A model generated the notes under the pieces. It was not told the origin of the DNA, did not search any database, and saw only the letters and a list, made by a program, of their open reading frames with translations. The translations under genes were made by a program, and so were the position numbers. Positions 50,883 through 58,547 of a stretch of 64,000 nt of DNA are shown here, one piece after another (position 1 is the stretch's first letter; each line of letters starts with the position of its first letter). Origin of the DNA: Salinivirgaceae bacterium (GTDB lineage: Bacteria > Bacteroidota > Bacteroidia > Bacteroidales > SZUA-534); the NCBI GenBank assembly GCA_017617355.1, contig JAFZWI010000023.1, positions 10,899 through 74,898 of the forward strand, read 5' to 3'.

Positions 50883-51776
50883 ATGTGTAAAATGAACATA
50901 TATCGCGCACTAACGGCAGTTTTGCTAATATGCTTAGTAACAGCATGTTCGAACGAGAAAAAGCAAAAACAACAGCAGCTTGCTGAGGCTCTTGCCGTTG
51001 ACAGCAGCATGAGTCAGACAACAGCGAAAAAGATATTCTTTAATCTGCCTTCGCCTGTTGAAATTACACAGACATTGCTGAAAACCGAAGAGGATTTTGA
51101 CGCCAACCTGCTTAATTCGGCCGACAATCTTGACAAATATAACACATCGAGCGCGCTGGCGTTGAACTTTGGTGTGTATGGCGCCGACTTGTGCTATTGC
51201 CGCGTTTACGACCAGTTGCAGGAAGCTATCAGCTATCTGTCAGTAATCAAAAAAGTTACTGAAAAGCTGCAAATCCCTGAGGAGGAAGGCTCGGAAACAA
51301 TCAACCGCGTTGAGCAAAGCATCGAAAACCGCGACACCATATTTTATATCATTTCGGATACTTACGCAAAAGCCGACAGCTATCTGAAAGAAACAGAGCG
51401 CGACATGACAGCATCGCTCATTTTGGTGGGTGCTTGGGTTGAGGGAATGCACTACGCCACACAACTGGCCATTAGACCGAACACCAAAGGTGATATGGTG
51501 CAGAGCATTATCGACCAGAAACATACGGTTACGAACCTTATCAATCTAATGGAGGAATACAAAGGAACACCTGAAATTGCTGTTCTGATTGACGATTTCA
51601 ACAAACTCCAGGAAGAATACAACAACATTGAAATTGTCTACGACAAATCGGTTGTGGTAACCGACCAAGACAAACACTCGACAACCATTGACGCGCCGGT
51701 GACAGTGAAAGTAACCGCCGACCAAGTGAAGAAAATCGCAGAATTGGTTGATAAAATCAGAAACAATATAATTTAA
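50883..51776 (+). CDS. Conserved hypothetical helical lipoprotein
   Basis: Lipobox VTAC; LPSPVE, ALNFGVYGADL.Y, GAWVEGMH. Confidence 0.75.
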   Translation: MCKMNIYRALTAVLLICLVTACSNEKKQKQQQLAEALAVDSSMSQTTAKKIFFNLPSPVEITQTLLKTEEDFDANLLNSADNLDKYNTSSALALNFGVYGADLCYCRVYDQLQEAISYLSVIKKVTEKLQIPEEEGSETINRVEQSIENRDTIFYIISDTYAKADSYLKETERDMTASLILVGAWVEGMHYATQLAIRPNTKGDMVQSIIDQKHTVTNLINLMEEYKGTPEIAVLIDDFNKLQEEYNNIEIVYDKSVVVTDQDKHSTTIDAPVTVKVTADQVKKIAELVDKIRNNII

Positions 51777-51805
51777 CAGAATATTGATAATTAAAAAGAT
51801 ACGAC

Positions 51806-52240
51806 ATGAAAAAGATAATTAGAATTTTAGCGGTTGCCATAGCTTGTATGACTCTTCAGACAAGTGTTGACGCTCAATGCAAAACATTTATCAAGAATGT
51901 GTGCAAGCCGAAACTCGACCCGTACATCTATAACGGACAGATGAACAGCGCTGTGCTGAATCAGGGCGATATTGCCGAGCTGATGCTGACATTCTACAGC
52001 AACCAAGATTACCGTATTGTTGTTTGCGCCGACGAGTTTGACGATGTTCAGTTCCGTCTGGTTGACCTGACTGGCAAGGAGCTTTACTCGAACACCAACC
52101 ACGGCAATGCCGACCACTGGGACTTCTCGACCAACTCGACACAGCTGCTTACTGTTGAGGTGAGCATCCCCGAGAACAAGACCAGCGAGGACACTAAAAG
52201 CGGTTGCGTATCGATTTTAGTAGGTTTCAAGGAAAAATAA
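51806..52240 (+). CDS. Conserved hypothetical secreted protein
   Basis: Signal peptide (VDA-QC), C...C, GQMN, YRIVVC, SGCVSILVGFK. Confidence 0.75.
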   Translation: MKKIIRILAVAIACMTLQTSVDAQCKTFIKNVCKPKLDPYIYNGQMNSAVLNQGDIAELMLTFYSNQDYRIVVCADEFDDVQFRLVDLTGKELYSNTNHGNADHWDFSTNSTQLLTVEVSIPENKTSEDTKSGCVSILVGFKEK

Positions 52241-52305
52241 ATAGTCAAAAACGGGTTCTTTTTTAAAAAAGGGCTCGGTTTAAAAGAAAAACTGTATATT
52301 TGTAT

Positions 52306-52343
52306 AAAAGAGTTCCGCATAAAAGCGGGATTCTTTTTGTTTT
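52306..52343 (+). terminator. Terminator-like hairpin upstream of greA
   Basis: aaaagagttccgc-ataaaa-gcgggattctttt plus T tract, immediately after TATATTTG (52295-52302). Confidence 0.6.
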
Positions 52344-52367
52344 ATATCAAAATTAAAAAAGAGAATC

Positions 52368-52847
52368 ATGGACAAAGTATCCTACATTACAAGCGAAGGA
52401 TTGAAAAAACTTGTTGCTGAAGTGGAATACCTGAAATCAGTGGAACGTCCACGTATATCGCAAGCCATAGCTGAAGCGCGCGACAAGGGAGATTTATCGG
52501 AAAATGCAGAATATGATGCTGCAAAAGAGGCGCAGGGACTGCTCGAGATGAAAATATCGCAGCTTGAGGCAAAAATCATCAACTCGCGCGTTATTGACGA
52601 ATCGAAACTTGATTTTTCGAAGGTGCAGATATTGTCGAAAGTGAAAATCAAAAATGTCGCCAACGGCGCGACAATGACATACAGCATTGTTTCGGAAACC
52701 GAAGCAAACCTGAAGGAATTCAAGATTTCGGTTAGCACGCCAATAGCGCAAGGCCTTATGGGACACAAGGTTGGCGAAATAGCCGAGGTTAAGGTTCCGA
52801 ACGGAATAATGAAATTTGAAATTCTTGAAATAGGACCAATCGCGTAA
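52368..52847 (+). CDS. greA: Transcription elongation factor GreA
   Basis: ARDKGDLSENAEYDAAKE, ISVSTPIAQGLMG. Confidence 0.97.
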   Translation: MDKVSYITSEGLKKLVAEVEYLKSVERPRISQAIAEARDKGDLSENAEYDAAKEAQGLLEMKISQLEAKIINSRVIDESKLDFSKVQILSKVKIKNVANGATMTYSIVSETEANLKEFKISVSTPIAQGLMGHKVGEIAEVKVPNGIMKFEILEIGPIA

Positions 52848-52851
52848 GACA

Positions 52852-53244
52852 ATGGCATCGATATTCACAAAAATCGTAAACGGCGAAATCCCATGCTACA
52901 AGATAGCTGAGGACAAGGACTATTTTGCTTTTCTCGACATCAGCCCGGTGCAGAAAGGACACGTGCTGGTTATTCCGAAACAGGAAGTTGACTACATCTT
53001 TGACCTTGAGCCAGCCGTTTTAGGTGGTTTGCATCAGTTTGCGCAGCGCGTGGCAAAGGCTATTAAGAAAGCCATTCCGTGCCGCAAGGTGGCTGTTGTG
53101 GTTCTGGGACTTGAAGTTCCGCACGCACACATTCATCTTATTCCGATGAACAGCGAGGCCGATATCCGTTTCGATAAAAAACAGACATTGACCAAAGAGG
53201 AGTTTGAGGCCATTGCAGCAAAAATCAGCAAAGAGTTTGTATAG
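52852..53244 (+). CDS. HIT family nucleotide-binding protein
   Basis: SIFTKIV.GEIP, AFLDISP..GHVLVIPK, HAHIHLIP histidine triad. Confidence 0.95.
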   Translation: MASIFTKIVNGEIPCYKIAEDKDYFAFLDISPVQKGHVLVIPKQEVDYIFDLEPAVLGGLHQFAQRVAKAIKKAIPCRKVAVVVLGLEVPHAHIHLIPMNSEADIRFDKKQTLTKEEFEAIAAKISKEFV

Positions 53245-53267
53245 ATAAAACATTGTTTATAAGCACG

Positions 53268-53296
53268 AAACGCAACCGCTGAGGTTGCGTTTTTTG
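53268..53296 (+). terminator. Rho-independent terminator
   Basis: aaacgcaacc-gctga-ggttgcgttt plus T tract. Confidence 0.85.
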
Positions 53297-53350
53297 TTTT
53301 CGTTTCATTTTCTATTAAATGGAGTTTTTTATCTATCTTTACGAAGATGC

Positions 53351-53462
53351 AACTATTGCAAAAAATGCAACAGTTCAAATTTAGAGAATAAGACAAAAAT
53401 TGAGTTGTCAAAGATTACTTGACAGCTCGGCAAAAAAGCACTTGTCGCAAAAAATGCGACAA
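53351..53462. promoter_or_regulatory. Cluster of three palindromes (putative operators)
   Basis: aactattgca-aaaaa-tgcaacagtt (53351-53375); gagttgtcaa-N7-ttgacagctc (53402-53428); ttgtcgca-aaaaa-tgcgacaa (53442-53462). Confidence 0.55.
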
Positions 53463-53488
53463 TTCAATAGATTAAAAGGCAAATAGTT

Positions 53489-53668
53489 ATGTCGGAAGAG
53501 CAAATAAACAGTTACAGGCTGACAAGTATGGAGGAGCCAACCGACGAAATGCTGGCTTACATTATGCGAGAGGCGGCTGAAGATGCACGCACAAGCAACG
53601 AAGCGGCTCTGAAAAAGTATTTTGAAGAGATTGCAGAGATGCGCAAAAAATATGCAGAGAAGCAATGA
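53489..53668 (+). CDS. Small acidic helical protein, putative antitoxin (absent from the ORF track)
   Basis: 59 aa MSEEQINSYRLTSMEEPTDEMLAYIMREAAEDARTSNEAALKKYFEEIAEMRKKYAEKQ; ATGA overlap with the next gene. Confidence 0.75.
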   Translation: MSEEQINSYRLTSMEEPTDEMLAYIMREAAEDARTSNEAALKKYFEEIAEMRKKYAEKQ

Positions 53669-54258
53669 GCGAAAAGAAGCCAGTATTGATAATCGTTGCA
53701 GGTCCAAATGGTTCGGGCAAAACCACGGTAACAAGCAAAATTCTTCGCCACCAGTGGTTGGAGAATTCTGTGTATATCAACCCCGACATTGTGGCACAAG
53801 AGCGTTTTGGCGATTGGAACTCGGCGGAGGCCGTGCTTAAATCGGTGAAATACTGCGAGGAGTGGCGCGAAAAATGCTTGGCGGAAAAACAAAGCCTGAT
53901 ATTCGAGACCGTTTTCTCGACCGACGAAAAGATTGATTTTATCAACCGCGCCCTTGAAGCGGGATTTTTTGTGCGACTGTTTTTTGTCTGCACATCATCG
54001 CCAGCCCTTAATGCCGCGCGCATTGCCAACAGAGTGTTGAAAGGCGGACACGATGTGCCTATTACCAAAATTGTGAGCCGTTACCAAAAATCCATTTTTA
54101 ATTGCAGCCGCATTGTACGGAAAATCCAACGTGTTTATCTGTACGATAATTCGGCAGAAAATACTGAAGCACAATTGCTTATCAGATATGCCGACGGCAA
54201 AGTTGCCAAACGCTACGTTGAGCAACTACCTGAATGGGCGAAACAAATTGTTGAATGA
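53665..54258 (+). CDS. Zeta-toxin-like P-loop kinase (COG4185-type)
   Basis: IVAGPNGSGKTT, YINPD.VA, FETVFS, ARIANRV.KGGHDVP..KI.SRY, YDNS. Confidence 0.88.
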   Translation: MSEKKPVLIIVAGPNGSGKTTVTSKILRHQWLENSVYINPDIVAQERFGDWNSAEAVLKSVKYCEEWREKCLAEKQSLIFETVFSTDEKIDFINRALEAGFFVRLFFVCTSSPALNAARIANRVLKGGHDVPITKIVSRYQKSIFNCSRIVRKIQRVYLYDNSAENTEAQLLIRYADGKVAKRYVEQLPEWAKQIVE

Positions 54259-54701
54259 TAGAGATTTATAAATAGCAACGAATTAAACGAATAGTAAGAA
54301 ACAGAAAGTAAATTTTGAATTAACATATTGTAAATTATAGTGTTTGCTATAGTTCGGATTCATCTGAAATGTGAGAACTTCCTATGAATTAAAACCGAAA
54401 GTACTAGGCAGACGCCACGCTTTAGGCGTGGGTCTGGCTTTCGGTTTTATGGCACTCTCACAGCCACAGATGAAAAAGTTAAGATTCACGCTTAACTTTT
54501 GTCTGGAGATTAGCAAATAGCCCAAGCAAATCTTCACACATAAATTCTGCAACAATTTAAGCACTCGAAGATGAGCGAACGAGTTCACCTTATGGCATGA
54601 ACTGCAGGCTTGTCGGGAGTGCACGGTTTTGCAGAGCCTTTGTGTCCGTTAATGTCGGCAGTTCAGCCAAAGGTGTTTTTGAACACACAAAAACACTAAA
54701 T

Positions 54702-56156
54702 ATGGCAAAAGCAGTCAAAAAGCACGGACGGGTTTATACACCCAATTACATTGTCAAGATTATTCTTGACTTTGGAGGATACAGTACCCCTAATATTTTA
54801 CAAAAACACGTTATCGACAATAGCTGTGGCGATGGTGCCTTTTTGGTAGAAATCGTTGATAGATATTGCTCTGAATTTATCAAGCAAAGAGCGGATTTAG
54901 AAACGCTTAAAAAGCACTTGGAAACGTATATCCATGGTATTGAGCTAGATACCGTTGAAAGCAAGCTATGCGTTCAAAACCTTTGTAAGGTTGCAGAAAA
55001 ATATGGCGTTACGGATTTGACTTGGGATATCCAAAACACAGATACACTGACAGTTGACCATTTCAATGGAAAAATAGATTATGTGTTTGGAAACCCACCA
55101 TATGTCCGAGTTCACAATCTTGATAGCAGTTATGAGGCAGTAAAAAAGTACCGGTTTGCAGAAGGCGGAATGACCGACTTGTTCATTGTCTTTTTTGAAA
55201 TAGGGTTCAACATGTTGGCCAAAGATGGTCTAATGTGCCTTATTACACCGAGTTCATGGTTAAGCAGCTTAGCGGGAAAAAATCTGCGCAAATACACCCA
55301 AATGCACCATAATTTGTCAGGAGTGATTGACTTAGAACATTTTCAAGCATTTGAAGCAACAACCTACACTTTGATTTCCCGTTTTTCTAAATCCAAGAAA
55401 AATAACACCATAGAGTATTATACATTTAACGAACATACGACAGACAAACAATTTCAAGATGAGTTGTCATATACGGATATCACAATAGGCAACAACTTCT
55501 ATTTTTCTAAAAAAGAGAGTCTTGCTCTTTTGAAAAATATAAAGACAACACACTCATATAAATATGTTTCCGTAAAAAATGGATTTGCCACACTCGCCGA
55601 CAAAATATTCATAGGAGAGTTTGATTTTGCTGAGGGTACGATAGATATTCTAAAAGCTTCAAATGGGAAATGGAGTAAGTGTGTTTATCCTTACGATAAA
55701 AACGGTAAGCCGTTGGCTCTTAACGAGTTCGCCAACAATAAGCAAGCGTTCGATTATTTGTCATCACACAAAGTAGAACTGTCAAAAGACAGAGATATTG
55801 AAGATGACCAGTATTGGTATTTGTTTGGGCGGACACAAGCCATAAAAGATGTTTGCAAAACCAAATACGCCATAAACATAATTGTGCGCGATGTTACGAG
55901 CATAAAACTCGAAGTTGTAAAGCCCGGACAAGGCATTTATAGTGGTTTATACATTCTGACAGATATTGAATTTGAAACCATAGAACAACTGATTCATTCC
56001 GAAGATTTTATCAATTATATAAAACTATTGAAGAATTATAAAAGTGGAGGTTATTACACTTTCGCCTCAAAAGATTTGGAACAATACTTAAACTATAAAT
56101 TGACAGAAAAATATGGACAATCAAGAATTTCTAATGGTAGTCGGGAACTCTTTTAA
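54702..56156 (+). CDS. Type II N6-adenine DNA methyltransferase (gamma class)
   Basis: GRVYTP, motif I DNSCGDGAF, motif IV GNPPYVR, LITPSSW; ATG at 54702 preferred. Confidence 0.9.
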   Translation: MAKAVKKHGRVYTPNYIVKIILDFGGYSTPNILQKHVIDNSCGDGAFLVEIVDRYCSEFIKQRADLETLKKHLETYIHGIELDTVESKLCVQNLCKVAEKYGVTDLTWDIQNTDTLTVDHFNGKIDYVFGNPPYVRVHNLDSSYEAVKKYRFAEGGMTDLFIVFFEIGFNMLAKDGLMCLITPSSWLSSLAGKNLRKYTQMHHNLSGVIDLEHFQAFEATTYTLISRFSKSKKNNTIEYYTFNEHTTDKQFQDELSYTDITIGNNFYFSKKESLALLKNIKTTHSYKYVSVKNGFATLADKIFIGEFDFAEGTIDILKASNGKWSKCVYPYDKNGKPLALNEFANNKQAFDYLSSHKVELSKDRDIEDDQYWYLFGRTQAIKDVCKTKYAINIIVRDVTSIKLEVVKPGQGIYSGLYILTDIEFETIEQLIHSEDFINYIKLLKNYKSGGYYTFASKDLEQYLNYKLTEKYGQSRISNGSRELF

Positions 56157-56820
56157 GAAGTTCCTCGAAACAGGTTCTCGAAGCAACGAGAAACTTAAAA
56201 TTCTTCATGGAGCGATAGCCAAGGATTTGAAAGAGAGATTGGGCAATGGTTATTGGGTTCAATCATTGGGTGTTGGCTCTGGAAAAGAAATGAAAATCGA
56301 TGGTCGTTACATTGACAAGGCTGTTGATATTACTATTCTGAAAGGAGTTAAACCAATTGCAGGTATCGGCGTGAAGTTTGTTATGCAGAACTATTCACAG
56401 AACTCAAACAACTATTTTGAAAACATGCTTGGTGAAACGGCAAACATTCGTTGCGCCAATATTCCTTATTTTCAAATATTTATTATTCCCGACAAACTGC
56501 CATACTACAAAAATGATGGTACAATCCAGAAATGGGAGGAGTTTACCGCACATAACTCGGCAAAGTATATGACATTATCAAAAGATGATATACAAACTTC
56601 CATACATACACCAACCAAAACCCTTCTGTTTGTTATTCATTTACCAGAAATAGAGGAAGAAATAAAGGATAAAAATGAGTATGTTTCGTATTATTCGGAA
56701 CAAGAAAACATGTGTGTATGTGAATCGCAAGCGGAATACGGCCAATTCTCGTCAGCTGTTATTTATAATGATTATGAGGATTTTGCCGAGAAGGTTGCAC
56801 ATTATATTCATTTTCTATAA
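56113..56820 (+). CDS. Putative type II restriction endonuclease
   Basis: Overlaps the MTase end; PD-(D/E)XK-like segment KAVDITI...GIGVKF and NYSQNSNNYFENMLGE. Confidence 0.65.
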   Translation: MDNQEFLMVVGNSFKKFLETGSRSNEKLKILHGAIAKDLKERLGNGYWVQSLGVGSGKEMKIDGRYIDKAVDITILKGVKPIAGIGVKFVMQNYSQNSNNYFENMLGETANIRCANIPYFQIFIIPDKLPYYKNDGTIQKWEEFTAHNSAKYMTLSKDDIQTSIHTPTKTLLFVIHLPEIEEEIKDKNEYVSYYSEQENMCVCESQAEYGQFSSAVIYNDYEDFAEKVAHYIHFL

Positions 56821-56937
56821 TTAGGAAAGCAAAATGTAAGGTTGTCAGAATGGCTGCCTTATATGTTTGTGATTGAAAAAGTGCAACGCGCCGTAGCACT
56901 TTTGCCGCAGTCGCATAAATTGTTGATTCTGAAAAAA

Positions 56938-56965
56938 TAGAGACGTCATAATATGGCGTCTCTAC
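56938..56965 (-). repeat. GTAG-type REP palindrome
   Basis: Reverse complement GTAGAGACGCCATATTATGACGTCTCTA. Confidence 0.7.
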
Positions 56966-56996
56966 GTGTTTTATGCCGTAACCCATTGTTTAATCA

Positions 56997-57185
56997 GTTC
57001 TGAAAGGACGGCATAACACAAGCGGTGGTGTGAACCTCCGCTCAAATACGCGAACCACAAACCGAGCCCCGACGGGGCGGCATATAATAAATTGTTGTGC
57101 CGTGCCTTCGGCGTTCATTTTATGGGCTGGCGCCTATCCGGGGTTTACACCCCGGCCTGTAATATGTCACGCCTTCGGCGTTTGG
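56997..57185. repeat. Composite REP-like element with several GC-rich hairpins
   Basis: gccccgacggggc, ccggggtttacaccccgg, gcggtggtgtgaacctccgc, and two copies of gccttcggcgtt. Confidence 0.6.
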
Positions 57186-57228
57186 ATTTTTAAAATGTGG
57201 TAATCAAATGTGGATTCGTGGTTATTTT

Positions 57229-57255
57229 ACGGATGCCACGGCGTGACATCCCTAC
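57229..57255 (-). repeat. GTAG-type REP palindrome
   Basis: Reverse complement GTAGGGATGTCACGCCGTGGCATCCGT. Confidence 0.65.
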
Positions 57256-57353
57256 ATATAAATTCGGTTTCAATTCCGATTCGTTTGGTTAGAAACAAAA
57301 TATAATCGTAAGATTTATGTAGTTTTGGCTCCCAATAACGACCGTTTTGTCTG

Positions 57354-58538
57354 GTGATGACTTCTTGCAAAGAGAAACTCGACGAGCTGAATATTGTGAT
57401 TGTTGTGCCGACCTACAACAACGCTAAAACCATTGGCGGTGTTTTGACCGACATCAAGCAATATGCCAATCACATTATTGTTGTGAACGACGGCTCAACC
57501 GACGATACCGCGCAGATACTGAGCGAGATAGAGGGCATCGAGATAATAACACACCAGCGCAACAGCGGCAAGGGCACAGCGCTGAAAAACGGTCTTTGCA
57601 AGGCGAAAGACGACGGCTACCGTTACGCCATAACCATTGACAGCGACGGGCAGCATTTCGCCTCCGACATACCGACATTTGTGAAAGAGATAGAGGCGAC
57701 GCCCGACACATTGCTTGTTGGCGGGCGTAATATCCAGGCCGACAATATGCCGGGCAAAAACACCTTTGCCAACAAGTTCTCAAACTTTTGGTTCAAACTG
57801 GAAACGGGCGTCAAACTGCCTGATACACAGTCGGGTTACCGGCTTTATCCGCTGCAACTGATGAATGTGCAGAAATGGTATTACACAGCCAAATACGAGT
57901 TTGAGCTTGAGGCTTTGGTTTTTGCATCGTGGGGCGGAGTTGAGGTCCGCAACATACCGATAAACGTCTATTATCCGCCTGAGGGAGAGCGCGTTTCGCA
58001 TTTCCGCCCGTGGCGCGATTTCACACGCATCAGCATCCTGAACACAATTTTGGTGCTGATAGCCTTGCTTTGGATTTATCCGCGCAACTTCTGCCGAAAG
58101 CTGACAAAAGAGAATATCAAGTTGTTCATCAACAATAATATAACACACTCGCCCGACTCTAATCTGCGAATAACGGCCGCCGTGATGTTAGGCATTTTTA
58201 TGGGCATTGTTCCGGTTTGGGGCTACCAGATGCTGATAGCTTTCGCCATAGCTCATGTGCTCAAACTGAACAAAGTGATAACGCTTGTGGCTTCAAACAT
58301 CAGTATTCCGCCAATGATTCCGTTTCTGATTTACGGCAGTTATTTTACCGGCTGCAAGATTCTGCAAGTGCCTATCGAGTTGAGTTTGAGCAACATAACA
58401 CTCGAGAGCGTTAAAAATTCGCTCATTCCGTATGTTGTTGGAAGTGTTATATTTGCGGCTTTGTGCAGCGTGGCGGTGGGATTGGTGGTTTTTGGGCTGT
58501 TGGCTGTGTTTAGAAGGAAGAAAAGGATTTCTGAATAA
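57354..58538 (+). CDS. Glycosyltransferase family 2 with C-terminal DUF2062
   Basis: VPTYNN, VVNDGSTD, TIDSDGQH, DTQSGYRLYPL, RVSHFRP.RDF, SNISIPPMIP. Confidence 0.92.
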   Translation: MMTSCKEKLDELNIVIVVPTYNNAKTIGGVLTDIKQYANHIIVVNDGSTDDTAQILSEIEGIEIITHQRNSGKGTALKNGLCKAKDDGYRYAITIDSDGQHFASDIPTFVKEIEATPDTLLVGGRNIQADNMPGKNTFANKFSNFWFKLETGVKLPDTQSGYRLYPLQLMNVQKWYYTAKYEFELEALVFASWGGVEVRNIPINVYYPPEGERVSHFRPWRDFTRISILNTILVLIALLWIYPRNFCRKLTKENIKLFINNNITHSPDSNLRITAAVMLGIFMGIVPVWGYQMLIAFAIAHVLKLNKVITLVASNISIPPMIPFLIYGSYFTGCKILQVPIELSLSNITLESVKNSLIPYVVGSVIFAALCSVAVGLVVFGLLAVFRRKKRISE

Positions 58539-58547
58539 GACATTATT

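Noticed and set aside
53408-54225. Several - strand ORFs over the TA-like locus
   Set aside because: The + strand pair has clear motifs and translational coupling; these ORFs have neither.
54597-54701. Upstream start for the methyltransferase
   Set aside because: It runs through the hairpin-rich leader; family motifs begin just after the ATG at 54702, which has a typical A-rich Bacteroidota initiation context.
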